NCBI GenBank assembly: GCA_918797485.1
Contig: CAKKNE010000005.1
Location: 1,426,001 to 1,490,000, forward strand
Length of the DNA: 64,000 nt
Source: Pelagomonas calceolata
Lineage: Eukaryota
Direction: 5' to 3'
The position numbers and the translations under genes were made by a program. The notes under the pieces are model-generated. The model ran no database searches, was not told the DNA's origin, and saw only the letters and a program-made list of their open reading frames with translations. Positions 42,301 to 53,600 of this stretch are shown in pieces. Each line of letters starts with the position of its first letter. The first letter of the stretch is position 1.

Positions 42301-44487
42301 GGCAGCCGGCTCTCGACGTTGACCGACGGCGCGACGGCGCTCGCCAAGGCGGGCCGCCCGGCCCTCCTCGCGCGCCTGCTGCCGCTCCGGCCGACGGCGC
42401 CCTTCGCCGCCGACGCCATCGCGGAGGCCATGGCCGTGTCGGCGGGCTCGAGATCGACGCTCGTCGCCGCCGTCAACGCCGCGGCCGCGAAGCTCGCCGC
42501 GCGGCTACGTAACGGCGCGGACTTCGCGCCGGCGCGGGCGAACCTCCGCGAGCTTCTGGCGCGCGGCTGGCTCTCGTCGTGGGAGACGGTCAAGGGGGCC
42601 TGCGACCTCGGTGCTTTGTCGGAGACGACGCCGAACGGCCTCGACCTCGTGGACTTTGCGATGGAGGTGGCGCGCCACGCGTGCGCGCCGCCGGACGCCT
42701 TACCAACGACGCGGCGGGCCGCCGTCTCGGCGATCGAGGACCGGCTCGCGTCGAATACGGATGCGGTACTCTCTTCGGAGGATCTCGACCGCGCGCTGAC
42801 GACGCTGCGGAGCATCCAGGGCGAGGACGCGGACGCGGGCGCCGCCGCGGCGTCGCGTCGCGTGCTCTACGCGTGTGCCGTGAACGGAGATTGGCACCGC
42901 TGGGCGGTCGTGTGTCGCGCCGCGCTGGAGATCGACGGTGGCGCGGAGACGGTTAACGCGGCCCGGGGCGGCGCCGAGACGCTGATCAAGCGCGACATCA
43001 GGCACGGCTGCGCGGTCGTCCGCGAGGGCATCGCGAAGGGTTGGCTACCGACGGACCGCTGCATTTCCATCGCCGCATTTGGAAATGCGCCTACGGCGCC
43101 CCGCCGCCTGGCGCTCTACGAGCTTGCCCTCGATGAGGCGACGCGCGACGGCGCGCCGGCGGCGCTGCTCGAGTCCGCCCTCGACGCGATCGCGGCGCAG
43201 CCGCCCGTCGCCCTCGACCAAGGCAACCGAATCGAGGGAGTCAACCTCGACGCGTTGATCGAGCGCCTCATGCGCCTCCGCCCGAGCATCGGCCTGGCCC
43301 TGAGCCTGGCGTCGACGTCGCTCGACGACCTCGAGGCGCGCAAGCGCGCCGCCCGCCTGCTGCTCGCGCACGGCTCGGACGACCAGCTGCTGGCCTTCGC
43401 GCGCGCCGAGAGCGCGCGGCCGTCGCAGCGCGAGGTCACGTTCGTCGTCGAAGCCGCCGACGTCGGCCTGACGCTCACGCACGCCTCCGAGGACAACACC
43501 TACGGGTACGGGGCGGGCACGAGGCGAGGCGCCAAGGTCGTCTCGGTGAGCGCTCGGGCGCGCGCGGCGTGCGTCATGCCGGGCATGCAGCTCGTCCGCA
43601 TCGCTCGGGCGAACGTGACCGGCGCCGACAAACACGACCAGCTCCTGGCCAGCATCCGGCAGGCGGCGCGGCCGGCGACGCTCGCCTTCGCCTGGCCGAC
43701 GCCGCAGCCCGACTTCTCGGCGCGGGGCGCCTACTCGGCGGCGGCCATCGAAGCGAGCGTCGCGGAGAAGGGCTTCGACGTCGCGGTCCGCGGCGAGTAC
43801 GCGAAACTGTACGGCGACTGCCGCGCGGCCGTTCCCGACGTCATCTGGCTGCACACGATGCTCACCGAGTCCGACCGCAACTGCGACGCGGCGCTCGGGG
43901 TCCTGGCCTCCGCGTACCTGACGGCGCCCCAGAACTGGCCCCGGAAGCTCGCGAGCGACGCGGAGGCCCTGCGCGTCGCGCCGCTGCTGGGGTCGGCATG
44001 CACCACTCAACACTCACGGGGCGACCTCGTCCTCAATTGTCGAGGGTGCATGAGCGGGCTTGAGCCGGGGCTCCGGGCGATGGCCCGGCTCCGCGCGCTG
44101 ACGCTCGCCGGGCTACCGGACGCGACGGCGCGGCCACTCTTCGACCACCTGGCGGAGCGGGTCATCAGAACGGTCAACGCTCGCGTGCGGGGGAAGGTCA
44201 GCGGCCTCATCCGAGGCTACAAGACGCGCACCGTCGCCGGCCTCACGCCGTTCGCGCCGCCCGCGCCGCCACCGGGCCCGCCGCCCGCGAAAAGACAACG
44301 CGTCGAGCCCGCGCCCGAGGAGGAGGAGAGCCAGGAGATCTCGATCGTCGGCGTCCGGACAGCCGAGGAGCGGGACGCCGAGGCATTTGCGAACGCCATC
44401 GTCATTGAGGAGACGCAACCCGAGCCGGCCGCCGACGAGGACGACTCCCAGGTTATGGACTTGACGCTTAGTCAACCGGACGCCTAG
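39390..44487 (+). CDS. Large FHA + DEK-C + PDZ-like protein with C-terminal SIM/SQ-like motifs; exons 39390-39700 and 39816-44487
   Basis: FHA motifs LGRQ..SPRVSRRQA..LGANPT..AGDT|IVLCPG are restored by the GT-AG intron 39701-39815. DEK-C-like TTQMRLRRSVERILG..FLDAKKAAVK. PDZ-like VGLTL..AKVVSV..PGMQLVRI..RPATLAF. Cys-rich segment. Confidence 0.75.
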
Positions 44488-44810
44488 TTATTTATAAAAC
44501 ACCCGTATGAGGCGCCATCGAACTCGCGCGCCGGAGCGCCGAGCTCTCGCGCGAGAGCGCTCGATGAAGGGCCTGCCGCCCGACGTGAGAGCTCTGTTAA
44601 GCGCCACCGCGCGCACGACGACGTGACGTGCCTCTCGCTCGAGTCGCTCTGGCGGCGCCACTTCCTCCTGGGCTACAGACGAGCTTACGCGCGAATGAGG
44701 CGCACCCGACGCGCGGTGCTAGTAGTAAGATAGTAACCGCACACCCTACTTACACAGGTATGACGTACTAGTAGACACAAGGTAACTTTGGAAGCAGCGA
44801 CGTCGTCCAG

Positions 44811-46727
44811 CTAAAACTGGTCGCCCGGCCACTCCTCCTTCTGGACCCACTTCCCCCCGCCGAGCCGGAAGCGGAAGTCGGCCGCGAATAAAACGCTCGA
44901 GCATGAGGGCTTGCCCGACAGGAAGTCATCCAAGCCCGCTGCGTTCCGCAAGCGCCCGCCCGTCGGGCCCGGCACCAGCGCGTCGGCGGCCACGAGGAAG
45001 TTGTAGAGCGCGGGCCACGACGACGTGCTGCCGCGGTTTCCGGGGAGCGACGGCGCGAGGACGGCCTCAGCACCCGCCCGGCCGAAGACGTGGGACGGGA
45101 GGACGCCGAGGTCGATGGGCGCGGGTAAGTAGTGCTCGTCGCGCACGTCCATGGCGAACTGGTTACGAAAATCAATTTGGACCGGCAGCGTCTCCTCGCC
45201 CGCCGCAAACCGCCGCATCAACGCCGCCCAGGCCTTGGCAAAGGCCACGCGCGCCGCCTCGGACTCCGCCTCGAGGTCCGCGCCGCCGAGCAGCCGCTTC
45301 ATGACGTTGTAGCCATACTTGCACCACATGCTCGCCGGGAGCTTGCACCCGTGAGCGACCCCTTTGATCATCACGACCATGATGACGGAGCCCAGCGTGG
45401 GCACGTTCTTGCGAATCTGCGTCGCCCGGCCCTTGCAGCCCGACAAGCCCGACAGTTCTTCGTCCCGCGCCCGCGCCTCGCGTAGTACAGAGGCGCGCTC
45501 CCAGTACGGCCCGGCAAAAAGAAAACGCCCCGAATCGACGTGGTAGCGCACGAAGCCCTGTTGAATAAAAGGCACGAGATGTGAGGCTAATTTGCGGTTC
45601 TTGTACTCCTCCATCTCAGGATCTAAATGCGGAAAGTCAGACGGATCGAATTCGATGGAGGCCAGGCCCTCCTCTGCATCATAATATATTTCGGCGTTTT
45701 CAGCGTAGATCCGGATCACGCCGCGGCTTTGCCCATCACTCTTCGTCCCAGCGCGAGCGCACCGGCCCTGGTCTGTAGACTCCCCGTGGCCATTAAAGTA
45801 TCCTGCTTCTGCTAGGTCTCCGATTGCCCCTGGACTAAATAATTCCGGCACGGTCGCATTACAAGCTCCTTTCAATGCGTCGACGCCACCAAGAGCTTCT
45901 AGGACTTTGTTGGCCCACGGATGATGCGACCCGTCCTCGGCCACACGCGGCGAAACCACCTTTGGTTCGCGCCGGAATCTCGTCGAGCCTCCCCTGATAC
46001 GCACGCCATCGTCGACCACAGTAGCCCGTAACAAATTCCCGTCCTGGTCCCGCACATAATTCTCGTCCGCGTTCCGCACGTAGTACTCGAAGACGCGCTC
46101 GTCCGGGTTGAAGGACGGGTCCGAGCGCTCAGCCTTGACCTCCTCTGCGATCTCGGCCTTCCTTTGGGCCTTCTGCTCTCTGTGGAATGCCACTGTACAC
46201 TTGAGTGCGCCCGGGGCTCGTAGTTCGCCGTCCAGCTCGTTGAATGCTTTTGCTAAGGTATGGGCGTCGGTCAATAATGCATCAACGTCTTTGGTTACTA
46301 GGTCGTCTCGTTTCCAGCCCTCAAGGCTAGTGAGGCCTCCGCCGTGCGCCACCATTGACGCAACGATCGTCATATGGGAGGCACAGGCCCATTTTCGCTT
46401 ATAATCGCTGTTTCCTCTAGGCAACACGCGCACGGGCGTGCCGTCGCTATTGAGTCTCCCGCACTTTGCTGTACATCCTGTTAGTAGTAGAATGTCCCAC
46501 AAACGGTCGCCGGCGGCCTCGAGGTCGCCTATTGTTGGTGACGAAGGCTTTTTTGGGAGTACCACTCGTAAAGAAGAGTCGTCCTCCGCGGGATCGCCTC
46601 CTTCGTCCCGCGCGCGCATCGCCGCTCGTTTCGTCTCGCTCCGCTTCGCCAGTATCTTCTTCAGGATACGCGGCGGCGGCTTCACCTTCACCTTCAGGGG
46701 TGCGCCGGTCTCGGGCATCTCGGCCAT
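44811..46727 (-). CDS. Orphan ~638-aa protein
   Basis: Long ORF with normal amino-acid composition; the central part is less GC-rich than neighbours. Likely start MAEMPE. No family recognised. Confidence 0.6.
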   Translation of the reverse strand: MAEMPETGAPLKVKVKPPPRILKKILAKRSETKRAAMRARDEGGDPAEDDSSLRVVLPKKPSSPTIGDLEAAGDRLWDILLLTGCTAKCGRLNSDGTPVRVLPRGNSDYKRKWACASHMTIVASMVAHGGGLTSLEGWKRDDLVTKDVDALLTDAHTLAKAFNELDGELRAPGALKCTVAFHREQKAQRKAEIAEEVKAERSDPSFNPDERVFEYYVRNADENYVRDQDGNLLRATVVDDGVRIRGGSTRFRREPKVVSPRVAEDGSHHPWANKVLEALGGVDALKGACNATVPELFSPGAIGDLAEAGYFNGHGESTDQGRCARAGTKSDGQSRGVIRIYAENAEIYYDAEEGLASIEFDPSDFPHLDPEMEEYKNRKLASHLVPFIQQGFVRYHVDSGRFLFAGPYWERASVLREARARDEELSGLSGCKGRATQIRKNVPTLGSVIMVVMIKGVAHGCKLPASMWCKYGYNVMKRLLGGADLEAESEAARVAFAKAWAALMRRFAAGEETLPVQIDFRNQFAMDVRDEHYLPAPIDLGVLPSHVFGRAGAEAVLAPSLPGNRGSTSSWPALYNFLVAADALVPGPTGGRLRNAAGLDDFLSGKPSCSSVLFAADFRFRLGGGKWVQKEEWPGDQF

Positions 46728-47736
46728 GGCTATTCTGAGGGCGTCTTGCGGGCGACGGCGTCTACTGGGACCGCCTTCGCGTGGGCGGGCGCGTCCGCGG
46801 TGCGACCTGCGCCGCTCCTCGTAAATCGACGAGGCCTCTCGGGCGCGTCCCCGTCGAGCCGCCGCCGCAAACTTCACCACCACACGCGACGCGCCTCCGA
46901 GCGCCGGGCAGCCGCCACAGCCTCGATGGTCCCGCCGGGGCGCTCCGCGCCGCGCCGCGCGCCGCCCAGCCACCGGACAGGGAGCCCATCCCATGGCTTT
47001 GTCTGGGGCTGCGCGCGACGCGGGCCCGCGCGGCCGCCGCCGCGCGGTCGCAGCCGAGTGGATACACTCTAGGGCCACTCAGAAGGAGATCCGCGTGCCG
47101 TAAGAGGCAGTGGGGTGTGAGTTGGGCGCAATGCCGAGGATGATGTGTGTGCGCCGCTAGCGGCAGAAAGACTCTAGCGCGCGACGTCGACGCGACCGCG
47201 CGGCGCGGCGGGACGGCGCCCACGCGCGCGGGCGCGCGGCGTGACGACGTCGCACGCGGTGGCGCGGTTGGTGTGTGGGCGGCGCCCTCATTGAGTCACG
47301 GCGGCGTACGGACGCCGCCGCGCCGCGACTCCGTGCGCGACGGCGCGCGATTCTCGTCGCGCCCGAGGGCGGCGCGCGGGCGAGGGCTCTCGAGGCGTCA
47401 CCTCGGGCCGGTGGGCTCGCCGCGCGGCGGCCGGAGGGGCCCCTGGGGACCGGGTCACCAACAAATGGTGCAGTTTTCTCTCTCTGTTTGCTTGTGTGAG
47501 TGGCGGACGAGCGCGAGTGTCGTCGCGAAGGCCTTGCAACTTACCTTGGGGGTGTTTTCGGTGGCGCAGGGACGGGCGCGGCACCAAGTCGATGGAGTTA
47601 GTGGCCTCAGTGGGTCTCATGTGAGGTACTAGCGACTCGTCCGGACCCGCGCGCAGCCGTCCGGGACTCGTCGGAATGCCTCTCCGACCAGGTAGCCGCG
47701 GCTCGATAGTGCAGGTGTCGCTTCCGGGTTTTGCGC

Positions 47737-47760
47737 GCTAGCGGCCAGTAAGACACTAGC
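47737..47760 (+). promoter_or_regulatory. Recurrent intergenic motif copy
   Basis: GCTAGCGGCCAGTAAGACACTAGC; another degenerate copy lies at 47156-47178. Confidence 0.6.
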
Positions 47761-48850
47761 AAGCAAGCCAGGCTGGACGTCATCCAATTGCTCCGGCAGT
47801 GAAGCTCGTAGCCAGCAACCGGCTCGATTTTGAACTATTCGCATGCCTCATAAATGAAACGCATGGCTCCCGGCAAAAATGGCTGCGTGCCAGCACCGTG
47901 CCCACTGCTCTGCAAATTGCATGCTACTGCAAGCGCCGCAAAGCGCGCGCGACGACCAGCGACGCGTCGACACTATCGCATGGAACCACGAGGCCTCCTG
48001 CGGCTCTGTGCTGCCGTCGCCGTTTCTCCATAGATGTGTGAGCGCGGCGACGGTCGGCCACTGCGGCCCAGAACATCGCATCGGCGCTGGACGCGCGCAA
48101 AGGCCAGCGGTCCTGAGGCCGTTCGACATGCGCAAATTGTAGAAGCGCTCGGACGGCGTGTCAAGAGGCTCTCGCGCGAATGCTTCGTGCACGCCCGGGT
48201 GTAAATCCCCGTCCTACGAGCTTGTACTCGACGAGTACTACTATAGACGTCCCATGCCTATAGCTTGGTTCTACTACCACGTAGCGTCGACTCGCTTCGG
48301 CGCGACGAGCAGCCCGTCTCCATGTGCCACTGAAAACAGCAGCGCTTCACGTTTTCGCCACTCTGCGCGGACGACGAGCGGACGGATCGAAGACACCGTA
48401 TCGGGGCGGCGGATAGTTCGGCGCGGCCACGGACGGAAGACCACGCGACGCTCGTCGCGGCGACCATCGCAGTCGTGCTCCCGACGTGCTCGGAGGCCTG
48501 TGCCTCGCCACCTGCCGCCGCCGACGAGTACTGCGTCGGCGGGCATCGAAACGCGGTCGAGGCGCGACGACCGCGACATCGGAAGGCTCCATCTTTTGTC
48601 GCCACGACGTGGAGCGAGTGGCGGTCGCGTCTTTCTATGGACGCCGGGCTCCTCTGAAGGCCGGCACCGCTACTGGTCTTGCGCGCCGGCGCGGCTATTG
48701 GGACGTATCAGCGACGTCGGGACAGCGTTCGACGGTGGGGCGGCGGCGAGTCCCATGGTGTCACTTCTGTAGCTCTGCCCATCGGCCGGGTTAGTCTTTT
48801 GTATTTTGAGAAGTTAGTGTAGGGGGAGGAGGGGTACGAGGCCGCGCGTC

Positions 48851-50054
48851 CTACTGCGGCGGGGGCGGGAACTCCGCGAGGTACGCGTCGATGACCCGCT
48901 CGGAGATGTCGTCGAGGGAGAAGGTGGCCGCACCCCGCAGGCCTGATCCCCGGTACGCGTCCCGGACGTCGATCCGCGACCGGACCTTGCGCTCCCCCAT
49001 GTAGCAGATGCCCCAGGACGCGTTGCGGACGCGGACGGCGGCGCCCGGCTGTTCGCCCGCGTTCCCGAGGTACGTCGCCATCGCGATGATCCACTTCCAC
49101 ATGTCCCGGTTCGCTTCATGGTCGAGGGTCGGCGTCTCGCTGCGGTAGCCGGGGAAGAGGATCGGCACCTTGCCCTCCTGCGATATCTTCTGGCGATAAT
49201 TGTTCTCGAACATCCCCTGGACCTGCCCCGGCTGGTTCGTGGCGAGGTTGTACCAGCTCTCGATGTTGGCGTCGGTTAACTTCAGACCGGCAATGGTCGG
49301 GCGTTCACCGGCGGGCTGAGGCGGCAGAGGCGGCGGCGGCGGCGGCAGCGCCGGCGGAGGGACCACGCGGTGATCACCGACAGGCTCGACCTTGCGGTTC
49401 TGAAGCGACTCGAGGAGCCAGCTCTCCTTGACGAGATCGACGTCGCCGGTATCGAGGGTGGGGAGGACTGAGGCTAAGTCGACGTCGTTGGCGAAGACGA
49501 TGACGTCGCACTGCGTGAGCTCGAGCGACGCGGCCGCGGCCGGCTTCACGCACTGGGCGTCGGGGACCTTTTCGCTCTTCCAGTATTTCAACTGGCCCCG
49601 GTTCTCTCCTATGATGACGATCTCCAGGGGGCCGAATACGCGGTGCCGCGCCGGCGCCGGCGCCGGCGCCGCCGCGGGCGCGGGCGCCCGCCGCGCGGCG
49701 GGAGCCGGCGCCCGCGGCGGCGTCTGCGCCTTCATCGCCTCGGTGACGTCCCACGTCCTCTCCCCCGTTGTCTCGTTGACGCAGTAGAAGTCGCCGTCCG
49801 ACCGGCTCTGCTTATAGAACCAGGGCGCGCACAGCGTGGGCTTGCCGGGCGCCGTCCGCCGCACGGCAGATTCGGGCGTTGACACCCGCCGCGGGGCCGG
49901 CGCGGGCGCGGGCGCGGGCTCGTCCTCAGATTCGGAGTCGGACGAATCGAGCACGTCGCCCTTCTTCTTCTTCTTCTTGGCCGGCGCGGGCGCGGGCGCG
50001 AGCTCGTCCTCGGACGAATCGAGCACGTCGCCCTTCTTCTTCTTCTTCTTGGCC

Positions 50055-50126
<72 letters not shown>

Positions 50127-50266
50127 CCGCGCTTCTTCTTCTTCTTGGCCGGCGAGGGCGCGGGCGCCGGGGCGCGGCGCGGCGGCTCGTCGTCGTCGCT
50201 GTTCAAGCCGTGCTCTTGATCCCACTTGTAGGCAAAGTATTGTATCCTCTCTTCAGGGTTGCTCAT
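48851..50266 (-). CDS. WW-domain plus BRCT-like protein with PA repeats and poly-Lys tracts
   Basis: WW: PWFYKQSRSDGDFYCVNETTGERTWD. BRCT-like: DLVKESWLLESLQNRKVEPV. Duplicated APAPAKKKKKKGDVLDSS unit. Confidence 0.7.
50055..50126. repeat. (GGCGCG)12 coding hexamer repeat (Pro-Ala)
   Basis: Twelve perfect units inside the WW/BRCT gene. Confidence 0.9.
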
Positions 50267-50496
50267 CGCTCGTCGGCGCGGCGTCGGCGCGGCGAGGATA
50301 GCGAGAGGCCACTGCCTGTCACAGATTGTGGCTCAGGCGACGGCGTGTCGCCGGGAGCGCGGGCTTCAGCGACAGCCTCGACGTCGCTGCGGCGATGGTC
50401 TCCAAGGTGCGCGCAGCCCCCCGGGTGTTCTCGTGCGCGACTCTCGGCGCCTGACAGCGGAGGAGCCTCCTGACCCTGAACATTATTTTTTTCCGC

Positions 50497-50519
50497 TTAG
50501 CGGCCTGTAAGACACTAGC
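50497..50519 (+). promoter_or_regulatory. Recurrent intergenic motif copy
   Basis: TTAGCGGCCTGTAAGACACTAGC, pointing at the orphan 3'-end fragment 35 bp away. Confidence 0.6.
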
Positions 50520-50553
50520 AAGTTTTATTGGCTACAGGCGGGCAGCCGCTCAC

Positions 50554-50658
50554 GAGGCGTTCGCGAACGCCATCGTCATCGAGGAGACCCAACCTGAAGC
50601 TGCGGAGGAGGACGACTCCCAGGTCATGGATTTGACGCTGAGCCAGCCGGACGCCTAA
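50554..50658 (+). pseudogene. Isolated copy of the last 35 codons of the FHA/DEK-C/PDZ gene
   Basis: EAFANAIVIEETQPE-AAEEDDSQVMDLTLSQPDA* versus 44380-44487 EAFANAIVIEETQPEPAADEDDSQVMDLTLSQPDA*. Confidence 0.9.
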
Positions 50659-50669
50659 GAATACGAATA

Positions 50670-53600
50670 CTAGAGAACACCCGTTACCGTCGACAGCGTG
50701 AACGACCCCACGGACCGCGACCCGACGGACGAGTCGTCGCCGCCCCGCCCCAACAACCTTTCGGTTCTTTTTTGAATCAACAACTCCATGTCCTTCTGCT
50801 TCCGTCGCGCCGCCAGGTGCAGGTGCGCGTCCCAACAGACTTTGTGTAAAGCTACTTGGTCCCTCCTCTCAAGCTTCGAGAAGACGATTTGCAACAACTC
50901 GAGCATCGTCAATAACCCGTCGCGATCCGAATCCAGGTGCAAGAACAGCAGCTGCGCCTCGACCGGGTTGAGACGTTGTTCCATCCGCCTCAGAAACAGG
51001 AACCACTCCTCCATGTCGATCATTCCTGAGAAATCAACATCTACGAACTCGAAGGCGTCCTGGAACGCTTGGACGTCCTTCTCCGTGTAGTGCGGCCTCA
51101 CCAATTCGATAATGTTGACGGTGGACGGCCGCTTTTTGAGGGACCTCCTCCTATGATGCTCCATCCTCGTCTTGACCGCCTTTTTCCCTGACGTGAGAGT
51201 GGTCTCATCATCCATTTTCTCTTGCACGTTCCTCACTAAAGTTGGACTTCGTGCAACGTCGTCCAGCGCCATATGCTTGACCCCCTTGTTTATGACCGGC
51301 AGGCCGTTCTCGATCTTCACCAACGGCTCGTCCTCTACAATTGTATCGCTACCGAGAGGCATGTTGGCATGCCCCCCGTTCACTCGCCGCGCGTACGCTG
51401 CTAGTTTTTCCGGATATTCCCGCAGTTGTGTTAAGTATCTTTCCTCTTCCCCATGGTACAGGCCCTCCTTGATGCCATTTCGTATGGAAGGTTCCGAGAA
51501 GGCCGGCCTGGCTTCCGGTATCCTACCAATGCGCTCCATGAAGTCGTTGATGCGCTTCTGGGGACCACTGACGACTTTCGGCGGCGGCGTCGGACTCCCC
51601 ATCTGCGCGATGACTTTGTTCCGCAAACCCTCGCGAGCAGCGGGTCCCGTGCCCTCGCACGCGCGGTCCGTCCTCAGTCTCGATCTTCTCATGGAAGCGT
51701 CGCGCTGCCCCGGACTCCTCTGGTCCAGGCGTCGCGCCCACTCCTTCTGGACGCCCTCGTCGTCCCGAAACTCGTTGGCCAGCTCGACCTTACCGCCGAA
51801 GGCCAGGACCAGCATCACTTTCTTGACCGCCCGCCGGAAGATCTGCTTCATGTCCCGCTTCTTCTCGACGAGCTGCAGCATGGTCTTGGCTCGTTCCCGA
51901 TCCTTGGCCGTCGCCGCCGCCTTCTCGCGGTCGAAATAGTCCCACTCGACCTCCTGAAAGGACGTGAACGTGTCCGCCGGTTTGTTGGGTAGGTCGAAGC
52001 ACCCGCAGCACGCTAAGATCGTCTCCGGTTCTATGGGTGCGGGCGCGGGTCCTGCGAAGCTGTCTATCTCAGATTCGGTTTGTATATGTAATTCATCCAA
52101 CCTCCACAATCTTTGGACACCATCACTCGACGTGGAGTAAATACATTGCGGTCGATCGACGCCGAGCACATATAATACAGCATCATCATGAGCTTTGACG
52201 GAGGCGAGCGGTTCCAATGCTTCCGTAGTGTCGCATTCGATGATTCGCGCGTAGTCGCACCGGCCCTGATCCCGATGCGCTTTCCTATACGGTTTATATG
52301 TGGCGTCCCGGTCCGGTCGTTCCATTAATGTGAGTGGTGCGATGCTTTCTATGGATAAAGCGTCCCACATGACTATGAGCCCGTCGTCCGTGCCACATGC
52401 TATATGATGCGTCGAATCGAATCTTGTGAGAGATGTGATGCCGCTGCCGGCTCCCTCAATAACACACAGCGTCGACACTTGTTTCTTGGGCCGTACCAAC
52501 CACATGATGATGGAACCATGCGCATCGCCCGTCAACAATAGGGGACGGGGGTCCAAAAACAACACCGAAGCCACGGCTCCCCGACATTGCAAATTCTGCA
52601 TCTGTTGTAAGGTGCAAAAGTCCCATAAAGCAACGCGACCAGAACGACTCCCCGTCGCTATCAAAGATAGAACGGGACTATAAGCGAGAGACCCGACCCA
52701 CGACTGCGCGTTCTCCACCGTCCTCAGCAACTCCAACCCCTTAGAAGTTTCCTGGTGGACTTTCAGGCAGTTGTCCCTTCCAGCACTAATGACGCACCGC
52801 GCCTTATCACCACCGTGCGCGACACCCACGATTTCGCCCGTGTGTGCCCGTATCTTACTAATCACCTCACCACTGATGTAATTCACGACCAGCACCTCGC
52901 CGTTCTCCGTCCCCAAAACTACTCGCCTTTCCCGAGGCACGTCGAAGGCCGCCGCCGAGATTTGCCTCGAGAGGGGTATCCTCCGCGCGTAGAACCCGGT
53001 CGTCGCCTCGTAGACCACCAACGCTTTCCCCACGGCCAGCACGTAGTCCTTCGACGTCTTGTTGTACAAACAGGCCGCCGGCGCCTGGAAGTCCTTCATG
53101 GACTTGGACGGTATGAGTCGGAATAATTTAGCGCCACCGACCAGTAAGTCGGGCCAGTCCTCCTGCGACAGCTCGCGGTTGTTCGGCCGCACAATGTTAC
53201 GGGTGGGACCGGAAGGATCCAGGTAGGGTAACTTAAAATTGTCGACCTGCGTCGCGATGCCGCCGTCGCGGTCGACCTTCCAGTACTTGCAGTCGCCGTC
53301 ATCGTCCAGCGTCTGGACGTGGACGTTCTCCGCCGTCTCCGCCACTAACGCGACATACGAGATGGCTCGTCGGTGGCCCTCCAGGACCACGACTTGCTCG
53401 TGACTCGTGACGTCCCAGCACACGACTCGACAGTCAAAGGCTCCGCTCACGAGTAGCCCCTGGGCGTAGGACAAGCACCTTACACCTAGGGAATGGCCAC
53501 AAAGCGTCCCGCGGGGCATGAGGTTGTCCACGTCCCACAATTTCACTTTTTTGTCCAGGGACGACGTCGCGAGCAACCCCTTGTCCCGCAGAAAAACTAA

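Noticed and set aside
39258..42512. 1084-aa Arg-rich ORF and many similar long overlapping or antisense ORFs
   Set aside because: Shadow frames of GC3-rich genes. Only the part up to 39700 (FHA exon 1) is credible.
44565..44733. F-box-like remnant (LPPDVRALL...LWRRHF) after the FHA gene
   Set aside because: Very short, split across frames; similarity too weak to call.
45783..45815. LAEAGYFNGHG in the orphan ORF resembles a LAGLIDADG motif; SHLVPF further along resembles an HNH start
   Set aside because: Catalytic acidic residues are absent and there is no second motif or supporting context; too weak without profile searches.
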